A DNA stretch of 64,000 nt, taken from NCBI GenBank assembly GCA_010093995.1, contig ML992513.1, positions 679,203 through 743,202 of the forward strand, in the 5' to 3' direction. Position 1 is the stretch's first letter; each line of letters starts with the position of its first letter. Of the stretch, positions 23,214 to 36,262 are shown piece by piece. The stretch comes from Elsinoe ampelina (taxonomy: Eukaryota). Below the pieces are notes generated by a model, which saw only the letters and a list, made by a program, of their open reading frames with translations, ran no database searches and was not told the DNA's origin. Both the position numbers and the translations under genes were made by a program.

Positions 23214-25236
23214 TCACTTCTTAAAGTCGCTGCACCAATGGAACGTCGCACACCGCCACTGCGAATTCTTCTCCTTCGCGCCCGACGGCCCCAACGGACG
23301 CGCGCACATGAAGAAACTCCGCCCTTGGTTCTCGCCTTTCTTCTTGGTGAGCATCGTCTTGCAGGGCTCGCCGTGTTCGCAGAGGGGCGCGGCGGGTTTG
23401 GACATGAGGCGCGTCCAGGAGTCTTTGGCTGCGATGGGGTCGTGGACGGAGCCGTCGGTGGAGTAGGCGGAGGGGGAGGGAGGGGGAGGAGGGTCGGGTT
23501 TGGTTGGGGAGACGATGCTGGTTTTGTCGTCGTTGATGGAGTGTGGGGAGGTGTGGTGGTTGTGGTCTTGCTCTTTCTTGGGTGTGCTGGGTCTGTTGGG
23601 AAAGTCCATGAAGGTGGGAGCGTCGGTGGGGATTGCATTGGTGACAACATCCTGATGACCATTCGCCGCAGCGGAGTCGGAAGCGACGGTATTGGTATCG
23701 GCAGGCTTGGTAGGACTTGGAGCAGTCTTTGCCGCGAAAAATCCTTTCAGGCTTTGCTGTCCCTTGTTCGCCGTGAGCTTGACTTGGGTGGACTGGCCAT
23801 TTGACTTCTGCCGTTTGACGCCTTTGGGCGCTGGCGTCTCAGAAGCTTTGCGCTTCACGCCAGGCGAAGATGAGGATTGTATCGGTGCGGGAGAGGTCTG
23901 AGTAGCAGGGTCTTGAGAGGCCGAGTTGTTGTTGCTGCCACCATGAATATTTGTGGCTTCAGGAGTCTTGCGGTCGAATGGTGCGGGCTTGTCGGCAATG
24001 CCATTCGTGGTCGAGGTCGTAGGAGGAGGGTTGACCGGTCTCTTGAACATGTCTTTGATACTTCTGCGCTTGTCGAATTCGGGCAGGAGTTTGCCGCTGA
24101 ACACAGGCACATTCTTGATCGACCAGTCTTTGAGCCGGGTGCCGGCCTTGAAGTAGCCGCTTGGGTTCATGAGGTCGAGCATGTGGCGGTCTGTAGTCTG
24201 TCCGTTGGCATCCTGGAAGGGAACGATGTCGTTGAATTCACTGTAGACCGGACAGTGGTCGGACCCCTGGCATTGTCAGTCATGCTTGTAGCCGGAGTCT
24301 CTACGGACATACCATCAGGCCTTCCTGAATGTTTGCTTCACGCACCCAGTCCTTCATCGCTTTGCTGACAAGAACAAAATCGATCCTGCTTCCAAAGTTC
24401 CCAGGTCTGGCATTGATCTTCTGTTCCCAGTGCGTGTACATCCCTTTCCGATCGGGGTGGCACTCTCTGACAATGTCCCACATGATGGAGTCCTCCCTTC
24501 CTTCGTCCCTTGGCTCCACGACTTCACCGCCAATAATCATCTGGTTGAACACTCTCCTATTCGGAGTGCTGATGTACTCCTTATGAGACAAGCCCGCCTT
24601 GATCCTCTCCTCATCCCCATTGGCGGTGTCGATTTCATCCCGGGAGACATTCAAATCGCCCACCAGCACGACATTCTTGCCAGCCTTGATCAGGTTTCGG
24701 ATCCTGCAGTCAAGAGCACACAAGAAGCCGTACCGAAAGTCGTCCCTCAAGCCATTCGAGTTTGCCGGGCTGTAGACCCCGAACAACACAAATGCAGGAA
24801 ATTCCAAGCAAACACACCGTCCCTCAGAGTCCAGCACTTCAGGATCAACTCCTAGCTCCGCAATCTGTGTCACCGAGGGGTAACCTCCAATCGCCTCCGC
24901 ATCCGGCAGATCCCTGAACTTGGTCGTGGCTCCAGGTGGACTCAAGACACCCAAGACTCCCTCTTCGGCCTTGATGGGTGCACAAGTCGCGTTTCTCGTA
25001 TAGATGCCGACGCCAGAGTATCCTTTCTTTGCTTTGGGGAGAGAAAAGTAGCAGTCCCATCCATCGATGAGGACCATGTCATCGCGAAGGTCTTTGCGTT
25101 GGATCTTCAATTCCTGCATGACCACAATGTCAGACTGCAAGATGTCAAACATGGACGAGAAGGTCCTGTTGGTATTCCATGGCGCGTATCCGAATGGATT
25201 GCGGATACCATTCACGTTCCATGTTGTCAAGCGCAT
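23214..25236 (-). CDS. APN2: AP endonuclease 2 / DNA lyase, one intron (~24268-24312)
   Basis: MRLTTWNVNGIRN, QELK, GYSGV, GDLN, GSRIDF, spliced GSDHCPV, C-terminal GRF zinc finger CEHGEPC...NQGRSFFMC...C. Confidence 0.96.
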
Positions 25237-25524
25237 GGTGGGCGATGATTGAAGGCCAGATCCCTTAGCAGAGTCCTTGCCTTCATTCTGCTCTCTCTCC
25301 GACTTGTTTATCGTGCCTCATACCATGCTTACTCCAGAAAAATCAAGTAAGTTCTTCCATGTCGTCGCACAAAGCAAGGACGACCGCAACCACCGCCCTC
25401 CCACGCAAAGTCCGCTTACCTAATCCCCTCTGCCAAGCCATTTCATCACAACCTCTCCCATCGGAACAAACAGGGACCTCTGCAAAGACTCAAGCACATC
25501 ACCACCACACCACCGCCGACCACG

Positions 25525-26238
25525 ATGCAATCCACCCGTCTCGCCGCGCGCTTCGTCCGCTCCCCGATCCTCCGCCAGATTGGCCGCCGCAACGCCTCCT
25601 CCGGCTCGGAATTCCACGGCGCGGCGGACAATGCTTTCAACCGCGAGAGAGCGGCCGTGAAGGCGCATGCTGCTGCCACGAGTGGTGCGTAGACTTTTGT
25701 CGGAGTCGAGAGGAGGGTACTGACGGGCGCAGATCTGTGGAGGAAGTTGTCGATCTAGTGAGTCCCACCACGAGCTACGAGATGGAGAGACTGGATCTGC
25801 GTTGGGATTGGCGAGGCTTTGGCGCACGAGGAGGACAGATGGGAGGAGCACATGGAATGGGATGGAGGAGGGATTGCAACGGTGACTGATTGGATACAGC
25901 GTGGTCATTCCCTGCCTGGCACTCGCGAGCGTCAACGCCTACGCTCTCTGGAACGAGCATTGGGAGCACGTTGCCCACGGGCCTGCTCTCGAGGACAAGC
26001 CTGAGTACCCATACCAGAACATCAGGACGAAGAACTTTTTCTGGGGAGATGGTGACAAGGTACGTGGGTTACTACAACTCGGTGGAAATGGGCCAAGAGG
26101 GGCGGGATGGAGTTCTAGAAGCGGCGGAGGGGAGATGTCATGAGCGAGCAACAGGATGACCGGATGGAACATATCGCTGACATTCTACAGACTCTCTTCT
26201 GGAACCCGAAAGTCAACTACCACAAGCAGGACGAGTAG
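25525..26238 (+). CDS. COX13: Cytochrome c oxidase subunit VIa, 4 exons
   Basis: Presequence MQSTRLAARFVRS, NAFNRERAAVKAHAA, DLWRKLSI, EYPYQNIRTKNFFWGDGDK|TLFWNPKVNYHKQDE*. Confidence 0.94.
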
Positions 26239-26418
26239 ATGTTGCGGTCGCAGGACAGGATGGCCTAGAGCAGGAATGGAGGACGAAGTAGCCTGTGCAT
26301 AATCGAAAAACCATTCACGAACTTTTCCATACCATTGATCGTCTGCAGACATTGCATTCGTGACAGCGACATTCACCGGCATACTCTTCCCCGAACCCAT
26401 CCAGTATAGCCGACGCAG

Positions 26419-29400
26419 CTACTCCAACCCGACAGCCTCCCTCTCCCTCCTCCGCCACCCCTCCATTTCAGCAGCATACATCCTCTCCATCTCCTCCGCG
26501 AGTGCCTCCTCCCCTCTATACCTAAACAGCACAATCTTCTTCTGCAAACACTCCAGGGTTCCATCCAGGTCCTCAACCTGTGCGAAACCTGCATCCACTT
26601 TGTCAGCGATACCCAAAAGTGCAAAGTGGAAAGGTGCAAAGTGCGCAGTCACGTGCGCCCGCCCGACCCGCAGGGAAGAAAAGTGTTTGCACCATCTACA
26701 CCCCCTCATCCTCCCTTCCAGACCCTGCGAAGAACCAGACCCAGCCACAGTCATCCCCAGCCCCTCGATGACTCCTCCCAAAAAACCAAGTGGCAGGCAG
26801 GGGCGAGTGCCCGGACCACGCAAAGTGGCAGGGAGGCAGTGCTCGTCCGAGCGCGAGGCTGGTCAGGACCGTGCCCAATGCGCTGGCATACGAGGTGGTT
26901 GGGAGGGAAACGAGGGCTGGTCGAAGTGATCGGCGGCATGTGAAGATTTGCTTGGCGGGCGGTATGGAAGGACCGGGCGTCGGGATGACGACACTTTGAC
27001 ACTTTCTGGGGATGAAACACTTTGGATGTCGAGAGAAGGAGATGGAAGAGGGACACGTACCGTCTTTGGCTCGCTCAAGGTAGACTTGGGCGCTGTTGAG
27101 GAGGGTGTCGGTTTCTTTGCTGTTTTGGTTGGGGGAGGTTGCTTGGCCGACGAGAGCGTCGGTGAGGAGGGAGTAGAGGCGGGCGGAGAGGAAGGGGTCG
27201 CCGAGTTCCAGTGCCTGCGATGGTCAGCGTTGCTGGTGTTGTTTGCAAGAGTACGTACTCTTGGTAGTATGCTGTCTATTATTTCTTGTGCTGCTTTGTA
27301 TTCTTCCTGATCAATGAGTATGGTGGTGAGGGCGGCAAGGCTCTGGCACATCAAAGGTAAGAGCGAGCGCATGTAGCCCGCATTTGCTGCTCGTAGTGCT
27401 ATACTGAATCCCTTTGAAGGCTTCCCGATATGTACCCAGAGATCCGCCTTGCTGATGAGCAGGCGAATCCTGTAGATAAACGCTGTCGAGTCAGTCCGCT
27501 GGCCAACGACTTCGAATTAAGACTTACAAGCACCGCCTGCGGACTTCATTCCCTCAAACATCTTATCGACCTTTTCCAGCGCCTCTGTATTCCTGCCTGC
27601 CTTCTGCAAGTACTCGATCTCTAGCATGTGCGTCTCGAATGCGATGTCCGGTTCAGCCATGCTGCGCAGAGGCTTGATCTTTTGTACCAGGCGTTCTGCG
27701 ACTGTCATCTCCTTGCTGCATGTCTGTCAGCTCTGCGCAAGGAAGTTAAACCCCCACACATACCGATGTAGTACCATCTTCAACCTGATCATGTTCGCAA
27801 AGCCGAGGTGGAGATTATGCATGCGCAAAGTATGGTGCTTGCTTGGGTTGTTCTCTCTCATCTCTGTCATAGCCGCACCATACTCTCCTCTGACTGCCAG
27901 TTGGTATGCTCGGACGCAATGCATAGACAATGCTTCAGGTCTTGTTGCCTTTCTTTCGTACACGGCTATGATTGTACTTGCCTGGAGCTGTGACAAGGCG
28001 TGTAGACCTAGACTCGTCAGGGAGAGACACACACCTAACCTCAACATGTAACTCACCAATCTGGCTGAACAGCGAACCGTGAAGACGCATCTGAGTTGGT
28101 TGCAAGCTATGCAGGGCGTATTTGGCGTTGAGATGGTGAGACTGATAGCTGTAATCAAAGGCTTTCAAGGCACCCTGACCCTGGTATATCTTAGTGGACG
28201 ACAGCAACGTAGAGAGACATCACATACAGTTTGAATCACTGACTCTGCTTGCGACAATAGAGTACTGCTCAATTGTGTCCAGTCCTTGCTTTCCAGTGAC
28301 TTCTGTTGTAAGAAGAACAGAATATCGGAATCATTGCCCGCAAAAGCGGTACTCTGCAAGATCCTCTCCAGCTTGACATAATCTGGATGAGCCTTGCGAA
28401 GATGCACCAACCAGGACAACCCAAAGTTCAGGCATCTGGAATCCTGATTCTCCCGAGCTATCGGATGTTAGCCCCGACGAGGAATCGAGAATTCAATAAA
28501 CCAACCCGTCGCCACACATTCGTCCATGGTAGCTATGGCTTCTTCATATGCTCCAAAGTCTGCATGAAGTACTGCCAGGTGCAGGAGAGCATACTGGTGA
28601 TACGTCTTGATGGCTTGGTGAGAACCGTATCCTTCCATAGCATAATCAAAGTACCGATGGAGATTGTCGATGGCGTCGTTGTATGCACCGGACCTCCATG
28701 AATTGAAGAAACTAGCTACAAGTCAGTGAGGGATGTCTACCCAGTCAAAACTCCTCACCTGATGAAGTATGTGTCTGCCGGCGTAGACTTTGCGTGCTTC
28801 ACCATGCTAGCAAGCTTCGTCTGCATCTCAGATGGCAGCCGACAGCCCGTGCCTTGGATCTGCTCAAGTTGGAACTGTACAGTCTTCTCCAGCAAATCCT
28901 GACTCGGTAGAGCATCATGGCCGTCAGACCTACGCTTGTCCTGCCTGTCCAGTAGAATCGGCGAAACGTGATCATCAAGACTGATACCACCACTGTCTTG
29001 CGATGCCGCCTCCTCAGGGTTGCGGGTCGCCCAAGCACTCCACGATGGTTCCCGGAAGATCAAGAAGTCCTCCCAGAGAAGTTGAGCATCACTGAATTGT
29101 AGTCGCACGAATTCGAGATGACATCTGCGGAGATACTGGCCGATTGAGCTCGACGGACTGATTGGTAGACACTTGGATACAGTCTCCGGATCCGAGGCAC
29201 GTGACTTTCATCAGATCAGCATGAAGTCAGCGTGGCGAATGGGCATGGCACAGACCTTTTGGAATATGGAGTCAAGCTGATCAAAGCTGACCAAGCGCCA
29301 GAGAAGCTTCAGAAACACGTCGTATAGTGAGCGACCAGGAAAGTTTGATCCCAAGGACGAAAGAAGTGTTTGGAATGAAGCAAGTGATAGTGTTGGAGGC

Positions 29401-29567
29401 GACTGTGAACCCTCTGCTGTAGCCTTTGAGGCATCGTTGCGACGCAGGATATGCTGTGAGATGAATGAGAGAACCTTGATTGTGTCTGCAGGCTGGACCT
29501 CGCGGTCATGGTAAACATCAATCAAGAGGATCAAGCAGATTTTGGCGGGTGAGAGGAAACGTGACAT
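26419..29567 (-). CDS. APC5: Anaphase-promoting complex subunit 5, ~9 exons; last intron 26589-27060
   Basis: MSRFLSPAKICLILLI, LHRYFDY, YQYALLHLA-like motif (HQYALLHLAVLHADFG), ARENQD; all introns hand-spliced in frame; canonical position next to COX13. Confidence 0.9.
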
Positions 29568-29929
29568 GATGCTGATCTGACGAGCATGTTCGGAATGATC
29601 GTAACCGAATGCCAAAGGAGTGAATTGTTGGAAATGAACGGAATCGAGTCGTTATGATGTTGAGGAGTGATGAGAAGCAGAATGATGCTCGATGTGTGAG
29701 GCGTCAGGTGTCGGTCCAAAACCTCATATGGAAGAACATGGCATAGCATATTTTCTGACACAATTTCAAGAGAATGGTCTCTCGATACGGTCTGCCCCAT
29801 TACGAGCATTTTCATATGCGCTGTCCTAATTGTACATAAGTAGTGGAGTGGCATTGTCTCTTCCCGTCTAGTGGTATCATCCAACGCCTATGCTGTTTAC
29901 ATACAAAGCCAGTTCTGCTTCACTGTCTA

Positions 29930-31154
29930 CTATACACCTGAGGTTGTTCCCAGAACCCTCAGCACGAATTCGTACATACCAAACATGATGGCAGCGCTTG
30001 GAACTACCCGCAACATATGCGGTGTCAAGCCTCCGTAAAGCGCTGCCATTCCTTCCTCTCTCCAGATCAGCTTGAAGCACTGTACCAGACCGGTATACTT
30101 CAGCTGTGGTCTCCCAGCGCTATCAGTAGTCACCGGAGCTTGGCGTAGTCGTGTCCTTGCCACTTCATGTGGGTACGTCGCCAGTGCCGCAATGAATTTG
30201 GCTCCTCCAGCTGCACCCAGCTTGCCGACCCAAGACATGGCATCATCCCAAGACGTCAACTGCCTCCCTGATGCTGCCAGCCTGGCTTCTCTTCGTGCAA
30301 GGGAGCCTTTCATCTGCTCATACAGCACCCATTGCAGTGTGCTCTCCGTGACCCCCAGGTAGCTGGCCGTCAAGCCACGGTAGAGACCGCGAATACCTTC
30401 TGTCCGTACCGTCTGAAGTGTGCAGTCCAGCGCATTCTTGTACTTTCGCCCATCTAGTCCCGCACCCGTCTTCTCCGCGGTCGCCTTATCCAATTGGAGT
30501 CGAGTCTTCACCAACCAAATGGGGTTTGTGGCTGTCCCAGTGACAATGCCAGCATTCGCCGCGGCGAGGAGATGTACCCATGCCGCCTCTTGACCATCGT
30601 TGAAGTTCTGGGATATTAACCGTTTCCCATTACCATATGCCCAGAAGTTTATAGCTCGCGCAGGTACCACGCCAACCAGATTTGGACCAAGCCCTTTGAA
30701 CAGCGCCTTCCATCCTTCCACCTTGGGTATAGCGAATAGTATTTGAAACGTTTCTCGGACATGGAGTCGGGCAGTCTGAGCTAATGAGAGCTGAGATAAA
30801 GGCGGAACACCGCGAGCGTGTCTGGCGGCTGTGAGTTGGGATTGGTAGAAGTCTGACTGGAGCCGGGTTTTGAGGACATCCAGTGGCGATGTGAGGAAAG
30901 CTGCTGTCATTCCACCAGTACTGCATAGATGTCAGATGGCTCTTCATCCATGATGACCAGTGTACCTACCCTCCGGCAACAAAATGCGCCCACGGCTTCT
31001 GCGTGGGCGCGGCCGTACTCGCTACCGAGCGTCCATCTTTGTTGACTTCTGGTAGCACATCTCCTGTCTCCCGCGATTGTGACAGGGGACTTTGAGAAGT
31101 AGCAGCTTGCTTGAAACCGGAATCGTCGGCCTTGGTGGAAGCCTTGAGAGTCAT
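29930..31154 (-). CDS. RIM2: Mitochondrial pyrimidine-nucleotide carrier, 2 exons
   Basis: WAHFVAGG, PLDVLKTRLQSD, GLGPNLVGVVPARAINF, NPIWLVKTRLQLD, YPHEVARTRLRQ. Confidence 0.9.
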
Positions 31155-31508
31155 CAACGCCAGAAGGAGGTTTTGGGTCGTGAATTGGTCGGGGTATATT
31201 TTTGGAGAAGTGTAGTAATTATTTCATCATTTGGGAGTGTCAAATTGAATATCGCATCCACCATGTAAGAGATGCCAGGAGAGATAAAAGAGTGACTGGT
31301 GGCATGGAGTGTAGCTGTCTCCTCCATCGGCGAACTTTTTTTTGAAGCTCTCCAAACTTACGTCACGAGCACATGCATGCATTCCTATTGACCCAGTCTT
31401 CTTGTATCTTCTGACCTACTTCGCCCGCATCTTCTATTGTTCGACTGATATAAGCTTCGCCGGAGTCGCCCATCTGTGTACATCTCGACCTCTGTACAAA
31501 CTGTCGCG

Positions 31509-32337
31509 ATGCAGTGTACGAGACGTCTCTACGCTCAAGCGGGCTTCTGGTCTCGGAGCATGAACGAGTTCAAGCGGCTATCGCGGATAGGTAGGGACAA
31601 TCACCTTACTGAAGGCACAATCCTGACGACAAGCAGCGATCAACATGGAGACGCTGGAAGTCCCGAAGAAGCCATATCATCTGATCCAATTCGACCAGCC
31701 TGGGAAGATTGACGAGCTCAAGCTTATGTGCGACTTCCAGCAAGGAGGGTTCTCGAAAGCAGACATCACACATCATCCCGAGACCGAGAAGGACCCAGCA
31801 CACATACGATTCAAGGGCTCGATATCGACGGAACTGCCACCAAGTCGGCCAGATATCCAGAGGTCAGGGTACGCGGCATTCCGGACGAAAGACTTTGGTC
31901 GCACAATATTTGGACAGTGGTTTTGGGATGTTGATCCGTACAACTATCTGGCAATGAAGATCAAGAGCGATGGTCGGCGGTATCATATCAACATCCAGAC
32001 CGACTCCCTGGTACCTACGGACATCCATCAGCATCGGTTGTACTCTACCACGCCGGGAGAGTGGGAGACAGTCGTGGTCAGGTTCAGCGACTTTGTGAGA
32101 ACGAATTTCGGCATGCCTGTGGAACCACAATCAGAGATGATGAAGAACAAGCTGAAGAGTGTGGGCATCGGGCTGATCGATAGAGTTCCTGGACCTTTCG
32201 ATATCCGAATTGCGGAAATATATGCCACGAACTTCCGACGTGGGCAAGATGCCTCGAATCAAGCCTTGCTTCAAAACAAGCAGGGCGATCCAACACGGAG
32301 ATTAAAAGATGACGAGCCCGAGAAGATCTTGATGTGA
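31509..32337 (+). CDS. CIA30: Complex I assembly factor CIA30/NDUFAF1, 2 exons
   Basis: Presequence MQCTRRL, GGFSKA, RSGYAAFRT, DGRRYHINIQTDS..TDIHQHRL. Confidence 0.9.
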
Positions 32338-32967
32338 TCAATGAGAGCTCCGTTCTTGGTAGTCATGATTCAGAAGACCTCCTGGACCAGCCTTTGGAAA
32401 TCCAACGCAATGCCTTCAGTGTCGACCTGGCAACTTCTCCTCTTTTGGGGGCATTCGCATGGCACGCTTTCCGAGTCACAGGGTTCTGCCTAGATCATGT
32501 GCTGGTCGCTACGCACCTCGAAGAATGACCGAAGAAGGTTACGACAACATTGTCTAGTGTACGGATGGATTGGGTGTCACTCAGGATCGAAGGTCAGTCC
32601 TGCAATGGGTCACAGTAGAAGGACTCGGTGCTGATCGTTGTGGAAGGCGCCAGGGAAATTGCAGAAGTGGATTACATGTACATAGCACATAGTGGCATAG
32701 TCAATGACTTACGACCGAAAACTTATCGTTCAATCATGTCAAAGTGGCCTGCTCAGAGTAGGAGGGGCAAATCAATTCACATGCTCCTGCCAAGAGCAAC
32801 GACGTCAACGTTCGAGCTTCATCTTTGTCTCTCCCACACCAATCGTCTGTCTCACTTCTCTTGTACATCTCACACGCCTTCCATTCTTCACTCGCAGATA
32901 CAGCCAGCGACCTACAATCACCACTTAGCAATCGCTACCTCAGCATCTCCATTTACCGTCCAGAACG

Positions 32968-33781
32968 ATGACCGAAGCAATGCCCCCACTGACGTGGGAG
33001 ACCTCCGCGAACACACAGCCAGAGCTGTCAGATTCGCTACCAGATTCGGTAGCTTCGTGTCTGCAGAACGCTCGCTATGTAGGTCTACTCTCTCTCCGCA
33101 AGATTCGCTGGCTAATTACCTTAGCTACACCTGGCAACATGCGTCGATCTCAAGCCACACGTCTCGCTCATGAATTACACTTATCTCCCCTCGCATCCGT
33201 TCAATTCCTCGACGACAGCTCTGCCTCATGGACCGATCATCATCATGACTACGAACCCGTCCTCGCGTAAGACTCTGAACTTGCTGTCGAACCCGAACGT
33301 CTCACTACTAGTCCACGACTGGGTCTCCTCTCGTCCTCCAGCACCAAACCCTCGTTCTTCCCCACCACCACAATCAGATCGCCCGTCAACTTCAGGTCGC
33401 GAGGGTGGAAGATCAAGCTTGGCTACCCTGCTTATGGGCATGAACACGAGCGAGATGGGCAGCATCAGTGCGACAATCAATGGCACAGCACAAGTTCTGC
33501 AGCGAGGCAGCGAAGTTGAGAGATGGTGCAAAAAGCAGCATCTGGCATACAACGGCTTTGAGGAGTCCGCGAACAAGCCTGATGCAGCTGTCCTCAGTGG
33601 CAGCCCCAATACTCCATTCCATACCAGACCAGAGGAAGACGAGGACAAGGATGACGACGTTAGGGTCGTCGTTGTCAAGATTAAGGACGGGCGAATTGCC
33701 GACTTTCAGGGAGGTGTACGGGACTTCATACTGACAAGCTCCGACGGATCTACTGAGGGACTGGTCAACGGAACCTCATAG
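32968..33781 (+). CDS. Pyridoxamine 5'-phosphate oxidase-family (FMN-binding split barrel) protein, 2 exons
   Basis: LPDSVASCLQNARY|LHLATC..QATRLA-frame splice to PHVSLMNYTY, RKTLNLLSNPNVSLLVHDW, VKIKDGRIAD. Confidence 0.8.
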
Positions 33782-34579
33782 GGGATGAACCCAGACGCAG
33801 CATTCCACCGACCTCAGGGCAATATTGTGTTTCGTGACAGACGCATGGGACGTGGACTTGGCAATTGGTGGTGGATTCTTCCCTGGAGTCTACATCGGGC
33901 AGTCCTGGCGGATGAAGAAACACTGGCTCTTGGACACGTGGAAAACAACCACGATCACTTTGCAAGAGCACTTCCCTCCTGGGCAGCCTCTTGTCTCCTC
34001 CATTGTACGCTATATTGCGGGTGCCACAGTCGAAAGATCAGAAGGGCCTGGCTTATGGCCTTGGCACTCTTCCTCTATGGTATCATCTGCTACATATTCG
34101 TTATGACGGCTCTCCGCGACAGCTCACGAGGACGACCGAGCAGTACAGCAGTACCCAGTAGAACAGGGGCAGTATCCAACGAGGCCAAATGGACGGGCTG
34201 AACGGAGGCGGAGATCAGTAACCACAGTGGAGCAAAAGGGGTTCGATGTGGTACAAGAATGGAGTAGAGTGATTCAATGTCATTCCTTGTACACTACTAT
34301 ACAATGTCTATCACGCTACCAGCCTTTGCTATGCTTCAAGTGAATATGCCATCCCAGCATCTTTGGCGGATCTGGGCTATCTCGGGAGGCATGAGTGGTA
34401 TCTTAACCCGCCGCCGTCTCTAGGCATGTCGCTCCTATGCAACCTTGCGCGGCTACTCGTCTTCATCATCGCATCTGATGTGCCGTACATAGCACTCTCT
34501 GTTGTGAGAGCATGGTGCCGTTCCACTGTCGTGTCGTGGCCGCGATTTATTTGCAAGATGATCCCAATGGACGAGTCAC

Positions 34580-35647
34580 TCATACCTCGGCCTGGCCCAA
34601 CTTCTCCCTGAGCTGCTTCTTGACATCGTACAAGGTCGTCGGTTTCGTCATGCCCCAGATCATCCACCTCGACGATTTCCCATCCCTGACATGCTTGTGC
34701 AACACCACATACTCCTTCACCTTTTTGGGTAACGGCCACCCATCCTGCCCCTTTGGTCCCTCGCTCACGTCCTTGATTACCCACCCGCCCTTGCCATCCG
34801 TCACCCTCTTCTCCTTCTTCACACTCTGCATGCTCTCCACCTCCAAGACCGCCTGCTGCAACAACGTCGGCGTCCACGCCGGCTTCGATGCCGCCGACAC
34901 ATCCGGCGCCAACACCGAATATCCCACACACCTCGGAGTCTTCGTATACCTCTCCAACCGCCACTGTATGCGATCATTCTGACCCCTCGCCATCACCCTC
35001 CCCTTCAAACTCGCCATCAAATCCCTCTTCACCCTCCCCTCCAACCTCTCCACCTCCCCGTCCGCCAACCGGTTATACATCTCCTCATACAACCTCTTAA
35101 CCACCTTCCTCGTCTTGAGTATCTCAAAATCCCACCACTCAAAAATCCTATACCTCAACCTCGCGCTCGTCCCCAACTTCTCCACCTGACGCGGACTCCG
35201 CGTCCGCAACGCCCAAAACTTGTAGTACAGAATAATCAACGCCGTCCTCCCCCTCGACATCAACCGGGTTTTCTCCCACAGCCACCGGTCCGAGAACTGG
35301 TTTATCCACGACGGCCGTTGGGACGAAGGGAGCGTGACGAAGGTTTCGGGCGCGAGGCCGATGAAGTCGAACGCCGAGCCGGACGAGATGGCTTTGCGGA
35401 GGGCTTCTTTTTGCATGATTGCGGGGGAGGCGAGGGGTTTGTTGGCGCCGGTTTTGGAGAGGGTGCGGGCGACGGAGGAGGGGCGGGCGGAGGCATGGCG
35501 GGGGGAGGAGATGGAGATGGATCGGATGGAGGGTGCAGGGTTGCGACGGGAGAGAGCGGGAGTGGGGCGGGTGGTGTGGGTGAAGCTGAAGGGATTCGAG
35601 GGTCGGAGAGGGAGGTGGAGAATACGATTTGCTGATTTGGAGGCCAT
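34580..35647 (-). CDS. Mitochondrial Tim44-like domain protein (Mba1/mL45-like)
   Basis: Arg/Ser-rich presequence; LYEEMYNRLADG, QAVLEVESMQS, KEYVVLHK, WMIWG. Confidence 0.72.
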   Translation of the reverse strand: MASKSANRILHLPLRPSNPFSFTHTTRPTPALSRRNPAPSIRSISISSPRHASARPSSVARTLSKTGANKPLASPAIMQKEALRKAISSGSAFDFIGLAPETFVTLPSSQRPSWINQFSDRWLWEKTRLMSRGRTALIILYYKFWALRTRSPRQVEKLGTSARLRYRIFEWWDFEILKTRKVVKRLYEEMYNRLADGEVERLEGRVKRDLMASLKGRVMARGQNDRIQWRLERYTKTPRCVGYSVLAPDVSAASKPAWTPTLLQQAVLEVESMQSVKKEKRVTDGKGGWVIKDVSEGPKGQDGWPLPKKVKEYVVLHKHVRDGKSSRWMIWGMTKPTTLYDVKKQLREKLGQAEV

Positions 35648-36262
35648 GATGGGGTTGTGGGAGGTGGATGTTCAAAGATGCGTTTCTGGTTGATGGAGCT
35701 TGATGAGAGGTCAAATTTTTGGAAGGCAGCACGGGCCAAAAGTTTGTAGATCTGTTTGCGCAGAGATCCGTTCCGCCCAGATGCATCCACTGTGGCAACA
35801 TGATCCATTTGCAGATCATTCAAGGTCTGGGCAGGTACATGAGCGTCATGAATGGTCACCGGATGGATATCGAAAGGAGGTGATGTAGTTTGTAAACACT
35901 AATCTCATTGCTGACTCCGAGAGAACTACATCTGCTCGCAAATACCTGCAAAGAAAAGAGAGTATACGATAACAAAACCAGCGCCAACATCTTCCGACAA
36001 GCGTTAGATGCGGCAGCCGGCTACAGTAAAGAATCAATCTCGCACTCAATCACCCCCTGAGTGCATCGCGAAGATAGTCCGTCCGCACTTATGCTCTCAT
36101 GCATTGGTCATCACTGGTTCATAACAGTCGTAGAGAAAAGCCGGAGAGGTCCAGAAGCAGAATGATCTGCTGGTAAGAAGGCGTGTCTTGTTGGAGTCCT
36201 GTATTGGCGTGGCCGATCTTCCTCTGGTCCTGTTGGAACGAGTGAGGCACGGCATGGGTGGA

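Noticed and set aside
33785..34201. 138-aa plus-strand ORF directly after the pyridoxamine oxidase-family gene
   Set aside because: Starts 4 nt after the upstream stop, leaving no promoter space, and has no recognisable domain.
34230..34260. GGTTCGA T-loop-like motif suggesting a tRNA
   Set aside because: No flanking stems or cloverleaf could be formed.
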